Below, piece by piece: positions 9,715-24,700 of a DNA stretch of 64,000 bases. The translations under genes and the position numbers were made by a program. Where the stretch lies: IMG/VR virus record IMGVR_UViG_3300038314_001147, positions 1-64,000 of that record, one strand, 5' to 3'. Position 1 is the stretch's first letter, and each line of letters opens with the position of its first letter. This DNA comes from an uncultured virus (IMG/VR IMGVR_UViG_3300038314_001147). Taxonomy: Duplodnaviria; Heunggongvirae; Uroviricota; Caudoviricetes. Below the pieces are notes generated by a model. That model was not told the origin of the DNA. It made no database searches and saw only the letters and a list, made by a program, of their open reading frames with translations.

Positions 9715-12700
9715 ATGCCAATACCACAGAATTCATATGATTATCTAGGACTACAATTAAGTGGTTTAAATGATAATTCTATAGCTAAAGATGTAGGAGG
9801 AAAGGGATTTAATATTTTTTATCCTGACTTTGATACAGCTGAACAGCTATATGGAGAAAAGTTAAAAGGTGAGGGAATGTCTGATCAAGATTTTAAAGAG
9901 ATGTATAATATGGGTCAGATGGGATTTGCTCAATACGAACAGAATGTTTTTAAACATCAAGGTGAGGATAGAAATAGATATGGATGGACATCCGATTTAA
10001 ATGCTTTAGAAGGAATAAATAGAAATCATCCTTGGCAGGGCAATATAGATCCAGAGGCTAATCCTATGATTTCTCCAGATGGAAGAAGAATAATGACAGA
10101 TCAGGAATATGCTTCGACTCTAGGTTGGGTTGCCACTGAAGATGGGAAAAAAGTTGTTTCAGGTAATGAAGTTTTTCCAAATTATGGAGTATTTAATAGT
10201 GAGGGAGTTATGAAAGATAAGCTTCTAACAATGGTATATCCTGAAAATGAAGGTTATAATCCTAAGTTAGGTCAAGCACCTGGAAATCCTTATTTGAAAA
10301 TAACTAAACGTAATGAAGTATTAAAGAATACTGAGATCTTTAGTACTATGGGTCCTAAAGGAGCTCATTCAGATGGATGGTTAAGATCTTTATGGGATGG
10401 TACTATAGGAATGTTATATAAATCAATACCTTCTGCTGTCGGTACTACTATGGAGGCTGCGACTCCTATGATTGAATCTATACATGCTGGTCAAAAAATA
10501 GATGATTTATTTAATAATTCTCCAGGAACATGGAAGGGTGTAGCTAATGAATTACAAAATACCTCATCTTTATGGAAAAATCCTGGTAATTTTCAACAAG
10601 ATGAAGGATTTGGACAGAATTTATCTGCGACTTCATTTGCTATAGGATCTGGTATAGGATCTTTATTTCAACAATTTGCATCTTCACGTTTATTAGGATT
10701 AACTGGAATGAATCCTAAATTAAGAGGTAATATGGCTTCTTTATTATTTTCTGCTCAAGCTGGTGACGCTATCTACCAAGAAGGTAAGGAAAGTGGAGTA
10801 CCAGAAGATCAGTTGGCTGAATTATTTTTCTTATCTGCTTTCACTACACATTTAGTAGAGAGAGGTATAAGAATGAATAATAACTGGATAACTGATGGTG
10901 GTGCTATAATGGCTGTTAATAGAGATATAAGAGCTACTATTAAAAAAGAAATTAGTGAAGCATTGAAAATCTACGGTAAAAAGAGCTGGACTGAATTAAG
11001 TAAAGCGGAACAACAACAGGCTAGTAAAAGTATTATGAGAAAAATTGGTGACTTTACTGGTAAATATTGGAAAGGTGCCAATGAATATATGCAAAAAGGA
11101 ACTAGGTTATCTAATACTGTAGCCGCTTTTGCGGAAGAGGGTACTGAGGAACTTATAGAGCAGGTTTTAAATAATAGTTATGAAACTTTTACTGATTATT
11201 CTAATAAATTAGCAAATCCTGATTGGAGTCCTGGCAGTGGGTTATTTGGTGCTATTGATCCTAATAAAGGTGCATTTGAAAATCTTGTTGCTTATAATAC
11301 TACAGATGATAATAGAAGATTAACAGAGGGAACTTGGGAGTCTTTTATTGTTGGAGGTATCTCTGGTGGATTTATGGGATCATTTAGAGGTCCTGTTACT
11401 CACAGGGAACATTTAATGCAGGCTTATGTAGTTCAAGGAAAACAAAAAGAGTTTTTTGATGTACTAGAACAGATGAGAAAGAAAGGTGAATTAGGACCAA
11501 AAAATGTTGATATAGAAGGAAAACCTATGAATGCAGATAATCCTGAAGGCGTTTCTGCAAATGAATTTGTTTATAATCAAATGAAAGGTGAATTTGAAGC
11601 ATATAATAATGTGTGGAATGATTCTGGAATAGCTCAATGGTATAAAGCTTGGACTGCAAAAGATAAATTAAAGAAATCATTTTTAGGTATCAAATATGGA
11701 AGAGATAAGATAAAAGAAGCTACTCTTCACGCTATGTTTGTTGATAAATTAAAAAATGGAGGATTTGATGCTAAATTAGTTGCAGCTGATAACACTGTTC
11801 TAATGACAGCCTTAAGAGCAATGAAAGAAGTAACTGAACTTGAAGCTTCCAAACAAGAAGATGGTGCAAATATTGAAGCAATTGATAAAGAAATTGCAAC
11901 AAAACAACAATTTATAGAGAGTGTAAAAAGTGGTGACGAGTTCAAAAATATATATAAAAGAGCATATTTATTTCAAAGATTAAATTATGATCCATTTTTC
12001 CAATTACCATATGCTGATTTAGCGACTATTGCTGCTAATGGTACCCCTGAAAGAGTAGTTGATCAGATTAATCAGTCAGTAGAGAAGTATGTTCAATATA
12101 TGCAACAGCAAGCTCAGCAATGGGAACAACAAAGACAAGAAAAACTTCAATCAGATCAGGATTATTTAACAACTTTAGGTGCTCTTGATCTTCCTGGATT
12201 AAGCATTGAGAAACTTAGCGGTATAATTAATGCTACTTCTGAATATGGTGGAGATACTGAAACTATTAAAAATATAGCAAAAGGATTAACTGCCAGAATA
12301 GAACAGGCTATTGCAGACTTAAATAAGGATTTTACAGATAATGAATTAATACCAGAGGGATTAGAGTTAGAGCATCCTGTAGCGGAAGGGTTTAATCCAG
12401 ATGCCTTAAATTTACTTAATGATATAGTTGGAAATGAAGATTTAGCAGAAGATGAAAAAATTGTTTCTAAGGAAATGCTTGATAATATAAATAAAATTCA
12501 ATCATTAGAAGACGGTAGAAATAGTTTATGGGAATCCTCTGAAAAAGAACAACCTAAAAATCCTTTTGATCAAGATCCACAGAAAATAAAATTTGATGGA
12601 TACTTATCTCAGCTACAGGAAGACGAGGAAGGTAAGGTTACTAATGTACAAAATATTCTTGAAGTATTAGATTACTTTAAAGATAAACAAATAACAGATA

Positions 12701-15700
12701 TTGAAACAATAAATCAAATTAGTAATCTTTTAATGCAATTACAATATGTTAGATCATCTGCTAGAGCTAATGTGATGGTATATAATTATATGGAAGATGA
12801 AATATCTGGACTAACTGATAATAATAGATTATCTGATCAAGAATGGAATCAATTAGATGCCATGATTCAATCTGCTTTAGATTTAGGAGAATCAATTAAA
12901 GGGAAGTTTGCTACTAGAGAAATGATTGAGCATAATTATAAAGAACAATTTATTAAAGTTAATAAAAAATACCTAAAGGATATTTTCTCTAGATTGGATG
13001 CTATGGGATTAATGACAGATGAAGATAAAAGGGTATTTACTAGCGTTTTTGAAGATGCTGTAATAAAATATAATGACGCTAGAGAACCATTAGGAGAAAA
13101 TTTAAATCAAGAACAATTAGTTAGATTAAGTGAATTACAAAATGAAGTTATTAATGGTCTTGAGGCTGCGATGACTACAATAGGGAATGCATTAAGAAAA
13201 AATCCTGATAAAGCTCAGGAAATATTTAATCAACTTTTTGGATACTGGGATGGTGATAAATTTAAACCAGGTATATATTCTTACGCTACAGATAAAAAAA
13301 GAGATCATTGGCAAACATCATCATGGTATATGACTTCCTTAGGGACTATTGTTAACGATGATAATGGAGCAGCTTCATATGTTAATTTCCCTTTTATGAA
13401 TTCTAATAATTTGATCACTCAGGTAACTCAGGCAACTGAGGAAGAAAAATTTGAGAATGGTAATATGAAGAAATTTCATATAAACTTACACGCTTTTAGT
13501 AATTTATTTAATTTATTAAAACGTACGGATCGAGTTCAGCTTAATGAAGCTATAGCTGCTCATTTTAATTCATTTGCTGCTGATGAACTTGCTCCTTCTT
13601 TTGAACAAAAAGTTGTAATAGAGCAAGCTGTTTCTTTCTTAATGGATCAAAGTCGTGCTTATGTACCCAAAAGCAAAGAACAAAAATTATTCGACAATTT
13701 CTTAGTTATACAAGGAGCAGCTGGAACTGGTAAAAGTACTACTGTTTTAAGATCTATAATTTCAGTAGCTTCTAAATTGAAAAATTTAGATAAAAAGACA
13801 ATTGTGATATCTGTACCTTCTGCTCACCAATCTACAGATATGAGAAGAAGAGTGGCTGAGAAGTTTCCAAATTTAAATGTTCAGGTTATTGAAGAAGGAG
13901 AACTTGTTAATGGCGAGATTGGTGATAATGTTGCATTTGTAGTAGCTGACGAGGCTACCTTTTTAAGCCTTGATGATCTTAAGAAAATAAAGAAAAGTAA
14001 TCCTGATACTCCTATATTGTTAATGGGAGATGTTAGTCAAATGTCTGGAGACGGATCTTCTGTGGCTCCTGTAAATCAACATATATCTGAAGTAACAAAT
14101 CCTTTAACAGAAGTATTTAGAACAAATGTTTATCATATAAATAAAGTTCAATCTGCATTTAGATCTGTTTCAAATATATCAACCGAATATGTGGCTCCTG
14201 TATTGCCATTTGGTGAAGTTACTGCTGACAATAATATAGGCGTTAAATATATAGAAGATAAAGATGGTAGTGCTCAAATTATGGAAGTTATTGATGCTGC
14301 TAAAATAGATGATAATAATGTAACTATAATTGTTGGAAGTGAAGAATCTAGAAATACATTAATAGCTGAAATTAATAATATAGATGCAAATATTAATGCT
14401 AAAAAAATTGTAAAAACAATTATAAAAGGAGATAATAGTGCTCAAGGTCTCGAATTTGATAAAGTATTTGTTCGCATATCTACAACTGATATTCCTTATC
14501 AATGGAATAAAGCAATGTTAACAGCAACATCTAGAGCTAAATCATATCTTAATATTTTAGTTCCTGATGATATAAGATTACTTATGACTTCTGTTCCCAC
14601 CTCTAAGGTTGTTGAACAGATTACAGGACGTGGCGATGAGATTGTGGCTGATGAAGCAAATCAATTACAACAATATAAACAGAGAGCTGCCGCTAATAGT
14701 GCCGGTTTGTTAGAATATCTTAAAAATTTAGGATTTAATGTTACGGTACCTACAGAGACTGTAGATGACGGTCCTCAGGGCAATGAAGATCCTACAGAAG
14801 GGTCTAACCAGGAAAAGGTATATAGTGCCTTAATGAGGGTTAAAGAGAAAGAAGGTGATATTAAGAGAGATAATGACGATCAGCCTTATGCTGTTAAAAT
14901 TAATGCTGAAGGAGATTTATTTTTCCCAACAAGATCAAGTAATGCTATAAGTTCTGTTATGCCCACTAGACCAGCATCTGTTAAGGATTCTACTGCATCA
15001 AGAACTGTTGGTAATATAATACATAAACTTATTGAAAATTATGTAAATGGAACTGCTAGTGAGAGAACTCAAATATTAAAAAATCTAAAAGAACAAATAA
15101 CTAGAGTTAATGATAATCAAAAACATCCTATTAATTTAAATAAATCTCTTTATACTGGTATTATAGACGCTGTTAAGGCACAAACAGAAATGATAGATGC
15201 TGGCTTAAAAGCGGGAAGTATGTTTATTACTGAGCTGCCTATTGTTAATATGCAATTTGGATTAGGAGGTACTTTAGATTTAGTTGAAGTTAATAGATTT
15301 GGCAATGTAAGTATTATAGATATAAAAACAGCTAGACCAGGAGCTTTTGAAGCGAGAAAATATAAGTCTCCAATATTCAGTGGTGTTGGTCAAAAATGGA
15401 TGAAAAAACCTAAGGGATATGAAGAGAGTACTGGTCTTGTTTTACCTAATTTAGTTAATAGTAAAAAGAATAATGTTGGATTACAGCAATTTATTTATAG
15501 GAAAATGATGGAATCTGGAGAGCCTTTAATAGGTCTTCAACCTAATGTAGTTAGATCTATATGGATAAACTTCTCTAATATTAATGCACGAACTGGTGAA
15601 TATACTGGATCTGGTAAATTTTCATTTGCTCCAGATTATAAATATTCAGAAAGTGAATTAGATGCCTTAGAAGCATGGACTGATGCTATTATATGGAATA

Positions 15701-18700
15701 ATATAAATACTACAAATATACCTGTAACTGAAGGTCCTCCTGCAAGAGTAGACGTTAAAGATACTGAGACGGAGATAGTAGTTGATGACGACACAACTCC
15801 AGATGGTCCTATTATAAGAGGATATTTACCTATGCCTGAAGTGACTGGAGAGGAAATTATTGATAATCAACAACAAACTGATCCTACTGGAACAAAAGAT
15901 ATTATTAATTTTGATTCTATAGATAATCATAAAAATGGTAACTTAACCGCCATGTCAAGATCTTCTGTTACAGGAGGATCTAATAATCTTAATGAAAATC
16001 CACATAGAGCATTTAAGTTTTTTGCTTTAGAAACTCTTGTATATAGTGCTCTTAGAAATGGTAGAAATCCATCTTCACATACTACTAAATTAGTTTATTA
16101 TAAGAAAAAAGAATTATTTAGTGATGCTCAAGGAATGATGGTTGAATATGACAATGTACTGGCTGTTGAATTAAATCCTGGTGATCCTGGTGTTCAACAA
16201 ATGGTTAATTTCTTCCAGCAAAAAACTGGAATTACTCCAACTGCCGAAATGATGTTGTTAGGGACTGTTCCGAATATAGACAGACATACATATGAAGGAA
16301 ATCCTAATACAGTTCCAGCTTCTGTCGTTTTAGATGCATACAATGCAGATAAATTAGAATATAGAAAAATTGGATGGGATGGTGCTGGAGTTGACGGTAA
16401 ATATGATTTTGGACCTATACAAATAACAAATGTAACTCCAGGAAGAATATCTTTTACTAATTCTGCTAATGCAATAACTGTTGCTGACTTAAAGAGTAAG
16501 TTTGAAGGACAAGGAGTTAAATTTGGAAATATTGTAGTTCTTTATAATCCTCCAGGAAAAGAGGGTATAAGAGAATCTGGTTATTATCTTCCTGTAACTT
16601 ATGACGCTGGTTCTGTTTCTGGAAGAGCTCCTGTTAAACCTAAGACTACATTAATTAAATTAAAAACTAAAAAAATTGATGCTCTTGCTTACGGGAATGA
16701 ATTAGCTGAACAGATTGTAAATGATCCATTATATACAAACGATTATACATGGTGGTCTGATATATTAGATTACTGGAATGCTAATCCTTATACCTTTATA
16801 GACTTTAGTGATCCGTTAGCTCCTCAACTCAGGGGTAAATTAGGTAATTTTAATTATGGAGAAGGTCCTATCCTTTCAGTAAAAGAAGACGCTTCTAGTA
16901 CAAGAAATAAGAAAAGGGTTAGGCTTCATGTAAAGCTTCCTAATAATTTAACATCTAGTGAGGCTGGTAAATTCGTACAAGCTTTATTTAAGGAAGTAGG
17001 TCGTATGGTTCAAGAGGAAAATCTTACTCCAATGGGAGAAAGAATAGATGTTAAGTTTGTTGAAAATGCTAGAGCTGGTGACAATAGATCTGGATTAGAG
17101 GCTATTGATCAAGTTTCTGCATCTAATAATATGACTATAAATGTTGACCAGATATTTGATCCTCAAATAGTATTTAAAATGCCTTCAAAAGTCCGCAAGA
17201 AAGGTGGTAATCCTAATCCTAATGGCTCTAATGATGGACCTAATAATATGGATAATTTTAAACCAAAATTCAATATTAAAAGAATAACTAATGAAACTAG
17301 GATAACTTCTCAAGATGCTGAGGCTATTATAAGAAGAATTCTTGGAGATGAGTATTATGATACTCTCGTCCAGGAAGTTGGCAATATAACTACAGAAGAG
17401 GGGATGCAGGCTTTTGGTAGAGTGCAGAACGCTTTAATGACTTTAGAGAATATGGGTGGTATAGAATCTACTACATCTAGACATGAAGCAGTTCATATAT
17501 TAACTACACATGTTCTTTCTCCTTATCAACGAAAAAGACTTTTAGTAGACATTAAAAGAAAAATGGCGAAGTCTAGAAATATACCAGTTAATACTATAAC
17601 TGATATAATGGCTGAAGAATGGTTAGCAGATTATTATGGAAAAGCTTATGATACTACAACATTAAAAGGAGCTCTTAGGAGCTTTGTAGATTGGCTTTTG
17701 AGAGCTACAGGTCTTAATAATTATTTTTATGGAACTATTAATCAATTTATGTCTGATGCAGAATCTGGTCAATATTCGGATCAGGTAATGGAAGGTATAG
17801 TTTCCTATAAAGGACCTAGTTATAGTATGTATAATAAAAAGGGAGAAACAGTACAGCGTCCTGATTATTTAGTTAAAATATTTAAATTACCAACTTTAGT
17901 TGCTCAAATTCATAGAGATGTTATTGAAAAAGATTTAATATCTGAGTCTATTTTAAGTCCTACTGTTACTGGTTCTAATGCCGAAATAAAAGATGCTGTA
18001 AATATTATTAGTCTAAAATATAAATCTCTTGCCAATCAATACTTAGCAGAAGAGCAAACCTACAATATGAATGGCGTAGAAGTTCCTTTAAAAGGATTAA
18101 ATCCAGATCAAGCACTTTCTTTATTACAAGACGGGAATATTGAAACATGGAAAAAATGGGTTGTACTTCAGTTAACTAAAAAAGGACCTAAGGATTCATT
18201 ACCTATAATAGATAAATTTGTTAGACTAACATTCCCAGATTTTAAAAGAGATCGTAAGGACTCTAAAACGATACTTAATTTTGAAGGAAAAGAAATGTCT
18301 GATGAGGATATAACTAATTTTGAGTATCTTGAAGAACATGGAGAGTCTTCTATTCAAATGGAAAATGATCGTAAAAATCCATTAGACTCTTTAACTGATA
18401 TGACTAGATTGTGGTTAAACAATATAGATTATTATATTTATGAGACTTTAGGAGACGGTCAAAGAGTTGCTAGACCAGCTAATCCTTCCGATGAACATCA
18501 GTATATAAAACAAGATAATTTATGGGCTACTCTTATCCAATTGCAACAAAAAGCTAAATCTGGTGACGAAAGATATAGAGGGCTCCCAACTATGGAAGCA
18601 TTTAGATTAGTTCTTTTGGACGCTGCTAATAATTCAGGAGAGACGTATATGAAAAATATGTTATTCTCTGTATATGATAGAGTGTTCTTTATGCCCGGAG

Positions 18701-21700
18701 ACGAATCTATGGGAGGTGATGTTAATCCATTATCTAGCTCTGCAGATGGATTACTAATGTACTCTTTAATGGATATGGCTAAAAACCCTCAACGTATAGC
18801 GGCTGAAAATCCTGTTAATAAAAATGCAGTAGGTAATCCTATAAAAATAAAAGCATTAAATCAAGCAGATTTATTACATGCAATGGAATCATTATTTAGA
18901 TCTATAACTCAAAAAGACTATTTTAAAAGTTTTTATGATTATAGATTAAAAAGAACTACATCTGTTCCTATAAGAACTTCTTTTGCTGATAAAATATTAA
19001 AAGGATTTAAACAAAAGATATTAGGAAAATTATATACATTTGTTGAAGGAATGCCTGTGATGACTAAAGACTCTAGAGAAATGTTTTCTTCTCAGGTTCA
19101 GGTTCGTATGCTTATTGATGGTAAGCCAGCTAATTCAAATAGTTGGGTATTCGAAGATGAATTACCGAGACTACTTTCTGCTAAATCTGTTGTTTTAGAT
19201 AAAGATGGGAAAACTCCTAAATTCTATCATAAAGCTAAAGTTCAGCCAACATTCTCTAAAAAGAATGTTAAAGGAGGAACAGAAATATCTTTAAAGGGAA
19301 TGGGAAAGATATTTATGGTAACAAAAAATAATATATCATGGCATCCTGATATAACAAATATAAAAGTAGTTGCTAATATAATACTTAGAAAAGTAGGTCT
19401 TACTGGATCAGATATTCGATCCGGAACTATAAATGCTTATTTAGAATCTCAACCTATTGAAAATCTAAATAGTAGAAGTGGTCAATCTAAATTATCTAAT
19501 GTATCTCCAGAAGGGCTATCAAATGGATTGGGCTCTATTGTTATGGATTTAATGGATCCAGCTGGAGCAGCTACAGATGATTTAGCAAGAATGCTAGGAT
19601 CTGAAGATGAAGTATTTTTAGAAGAAACAGAAGCTATTCCAACAGCATTGGCTAATTTTCAGTTTTTACAAGAATTAGCAAGTGTAGAGTCTTTTTCTCG
19701 TGGAGATAACCAAAATTCTATTTACTATAATGTTAATAATGACCAAGTATACAGGTTAGTATTCGGTGGTAGAATCAATGATTTATTTGGGTTTGACGGA
19801 ACAACCGCTGACGCACAAGATGGTGCAATAAAGTTATTTCAAAGTAATCTTATTAGTTTATTAGTTTCTAATGGGGTACAAGTTAATCCTAATGCTAATA
19901 TATACGATCTGTTAAACATGGCACTAGAGAGTAATATACAAATACCCGTGATGCAAGAAACTCCATCTGGTCCTGCTATTCTTAATCCCTTCCTAGATCC
20001 GGATAGTCTATACAAAATTAAAGGTATTATATCTTATGATGGGGTTACTACTAGATATTTTGGTAAAAGATACGGTAAAATGACACCTGCAGAATTTTTA
20101 GACAATATGATAAATTCTGAATTTGTAGATAAGATATTAAAAAATACAAATCGTAATGCATATACAATGCCTGGATATACTCCTGGTGATAAAAAATCTC
20201 CTGAATTTTTCCAAATAGAACATGATAAAGAGGCTCCTTTAGTTATCGTAAAAGGAGATGCAGAGAATCAATCTGTAGAGTTAAATACTAATTTTGTTGC
20301 TGCTAAGATGGTTAGCTTATTTCAAAAGAAACGTAATCAAGCTACTAAAACTGTTAGAAAAGTTCATAGTGTTTTAAGAGAAGTAATGACTACTGGAGTA
20401 TTACGTTATTCTGTAAATGATCTTGGAGAGATGCCTTCTTTGCAAGATTCTATTTCTGATCCTAGAATTCTTGAAGAATGGATATCTGGTCTTAGTGAGA
20501 ATATGGTTAATCAAGAGGATTTAGATAAGCTTGTAGATATATTTAGAGCTTCTGAACTTATAATAAACAAAGATTATAAAGTTTATCCTGATGGAAGCTT
20601 ACATCTTGGTAATGATAGCATGACTCAAAATAAAAAAATGTGGGTAAAGGGTCAGGTTGTAGAAGCCCATGATCAATTCTATACTATTCAGAATTATGAT
20701 GATCTTATGGGATTATCTTCTCCGGCTGAACAATGGGCTTTTATACAAAATAAAAATAGAGGTATGTTGTTGAGGTTTATAAAATACTTATCTACAGCTA
20801 ACGGAGTAGGATTTCAGCGTAGTCAAGCATTTGAAGACACAACACCAGAATATGATGGCATGTATTATAGAACTGTTCCTACTGAAGATGGTACAGAAAC
20901 ACAATTTAATCCATGGATAGAATCTTATTATTATGGATGGATGATATTAAATAATAATCTTGAAGATATTATAGGAGGGTCTTCTGGTGATTTTAAAAGC
21001 ATAACAGATCTATTTAAAAGAATTTCATCTGAAAAGTCTCCGGGAGTAGTTGCTACTATAGGAAGGCGTGGCATGCCTGTTAAATCAGAAGTTGTTATTT
21101 TAGATGACAATCCCTTAAGAAATGATTTATTGATGCTATTAAATGATTCTAATCCTACATTAAATGCTGCTGAAGATTCATTAACAATGCAACTTCCTTT
21201 ATATACATTAGCGGCTCATCAAGGTTTAGGTGGTAGATTTGGTATGATGCAAAATCCTTATGGTCCCAATAAGCCTGTACATAAAGAATTAGATATAGCT
21301 ACAAATGAAGGTTTATTCTTTAAAACCGCTGGTATACCTCTTACTACTGAATTAATGAATAGATCTAGAAAGATTAGAGCTATAGTAGAAAAATCATTAT
21401 CTCATAAACCTTTTATGGAGGTTGACTCTATAGACCCTACTACACTTTGGGATAAATATTTAGAATTTGAAGAGCTATCGATTAACCAGGGTGGTAATCC
21501 GTGGGACCTATTAAGAGAATATGTTATATCTCAAGATACTCCTCAATTCGTTCAATGGAACAAAGGTACAAGTATTCATAAAACATATGTTGCTTATTTT
21601 ATATATAATTCTGGAGTTAAACAAGGGTCTAAAATGGTAAACAATTTGGAATATGGATTAACATCAGATGAAGGATTTCAAACTATTTCTGTAGACAATA

Positions 21701-24700
21701 GAGGAACTAGATGGCAATTGAATCCACACAAAGAAATTGAACGTGATGATTCCGCCATGTTTAAACAATTAGCTGCAGAGGTGATGGTAGGAGCTTCTAC
21801 TCAAGAACAATCTGAACGTATAAATAGATTAGTAACATCTCAAGCTGAATTGAATAAGTTAAACAGACAAGAAATAAGCCAGAAAATAGATGAAATGGGA
21901 GTAAGTGATTTTTTAAGAAATGAAGCTGAAAAATCAGCTGCTAGTCAAAATACTGAATTAGCTCAATTTCTTAGATTAATTGCAGATGATAACATATCTA
22001 TTCAAATTCCAGTTATTGCTACAAGAATTAAGAATGTATTAAGAAAATTATTTAATAAGGGGATTAAACCTAGAATGAAAGGATATTCAGCGGTACAAAT
22101 GCCGGGAACAATGATGGAAATTTTTGAAACTAATAACGGTGAAATCTTTACTTTAAAACAAGTTGAAAATATATTAGGAAGAAAGTTGGAAATAAATGAA
22201 GATATGGCAGCAGTTGCTAGTGAATTAGGTGTTGAATCGATTAATGCTAGAAATCTTAATCATCTTAAAATAATTATCGGAAAAAGAGATGTTTCAAATC
22301 CCGACTTGATTTCTTGGTCTGATCCAGAAAAGATAGTATTAGAAGCTATGGACCAACTTGGAGTTTCTGTTGAACAGTCAAGACAAAATTATTTAGCAGC
22401 CATTAGAGCGGCTATGGAAGCTGAGGATCATATAGTTAAAATAATTCCCCCTGAGGCTATAACACCTTTTGATGCAAATGATGCTCAAGCATTTGGATTT
22501 AATATAGAAGATTCAACTGCTTATACTTACTATAAAAATTGGGATGTTGCCGATATAATGACAATCAATTTTTCTGACGGAACTGCAGCTAGGTATGAAT
22601 CTATGGGTAATGATCCAGAACAAATAGAATCTGTTATTGCTGATATGGCAAGTAATGGGAATCCTATTAAAATTGATGATACTCTCGCATGGAAAGTATT
22701 AGTTAGTAGAACTCCTCAATTAGCTGAAGCAGACTACTCTGTACAATTATTATCATTAATGAATTTTTATAAATCATTTGATAATTATCTTCTTACAGTC
22801 ATGAATAGGGTACCTTCTTCCAATACAGCTACCGGGAATCAATATAGGATTATTTCTTTCGTACACGATAATGGGAACGTTGTTTGGCAATCTCCTAATA
22901 AAAACATTTTAGATGATTCCGATTATGATGTGGATGAGCAAAGAGTTTATACATCTCAAATAGGGGTAGAATCTGGATTTGATAATGAAGAAGGATTAAA
23001 AGAAATGATATTTAATTCTGTAAGATCATTCTATCAAGATCCTAATAATATTCAATTCTTCTATTCTCCGGTAAGCGTAGAACAAGACAGAAAAAGTGTT
23101 GAAGGTGCAAATGAAAGCCATAAGATTAAAGAAATCCTAAGAGACTTAGGTCATGAACCAGGAAGTGGTTTAAAATTAAATGATGTAACTAGTTCTGTAA
23201 TGGCGTATGAAGATATAATGGAAGGGAAATATACTGTAGGACCTTTTATCATGACCATTAAGGCTTATACTCATTTATATAATGCATATAAATCTGTAGA
23301 GGGATCCCATTTCAGATTGAATTTTATGGGGGAAGTATATAGTAGTTTTAGTAATGGACCTGCTGGAAATGGAAGAAGTGCTGATGGTGCTTATGTAATA
23401 GATTTATTAGCGGAATTGTCTCAATTAGCATTAGATAACGCTAATGAACTTGTTTTAGGTAAGATATTAGCTAATCCGAATACTGCTTATTTTATAGCAG
23501 GATTAGATATTGCAGGAGTTCCTAGAGAAAAAATTATTCAATTCTTACTGAATTCTACAGTTAGCGGAATGTTGCAAGAGCAGAAGAGGTCAACGTCTGT
23601 TCATAGAACTACAGTAGATTTACTTGAAAATATTGATGTAAGATCTGCAGATATTGAAGCAGGTAAGGTTATGGAGATTTTACAAAAACAATTTAACGAT
23701 GATTGGAGTTATTCTGGACTCAGAAAGTTTGCTCAACTATTAGATAGATTTGCTATACTAAATACTGATAGTGAGGAAAGGAAACAAAGATATATAGGAG
23801 ATAGAGGTACAGATCCTAATGAAGTGTCTAATGACCAGAAGACTCAAATGATTGTTTCAACAATGCCAGCTGTAAGAAGAAATTATGAAGGGAGAAATGT
23901 TGTTGAAGTTTTAATGCATCAAGAAGATTTTAGTTTTGACGGGTTATCTACCTCGCAACAAACAAATGCTATTCAGTTCGCTATAGACAATCTTATAATT
24001 ACAGAAATCTCTGATCCAGAGGCAATTAAAACTAACACTTTTGCATTAGCTTCTATTTATAGTGATTCTGGTCTCGCTGGAGTAGCAGCTTTAAGTGGAT
24101 TAGAAGGTTCAGAGGCGGCTGTTATTCTTGATCAAATACAAGTAGCCAAAACAATCGCTGCAGTAGAAACTATTCCAGCTCTTGAAATGTTAGAAGAGAT
24201 TGTTAAAAAAAGCTCCGTTACTGGTAGGGAGCCTAATTGGGAAAATATAAAAAATGCTCTTGAAAATAAACTTGAAGTATTAGCCTCCTTCAAAAAGATA
24301 ATTTTATTTGGAGAAGCTATAAAAAGAACAGCTTTAACATCTAATATAGATCAGGGTATTTCTAAGGGAGACTATGGGTCTTCTATGATGCTGCGTAATA
24401 TGGAAATATGGGCTAATCAACCTTTTGAATTTGATGATAATGGGGATTTAGTTGTAGTCTCTTCTACAGCTGTTCGTGATCCAGAATATTATTTTATGCA
24501 GAAAGCGTCTTCACTTGATGGTACTCCTAGAAAAACTGATAATGGAGCTGACTTATTATCTCTCTTAGATACATTTAGAGAAAATGAAACAATTATAAGA
24601 TCTTATGTTGATATTGGTTTGGTAATAGAAAACAATCCACATTTAAAAGATTTCATTGCATCTCTAGTTCAGTATAATCAAATTAACAATTCTGCATTTA

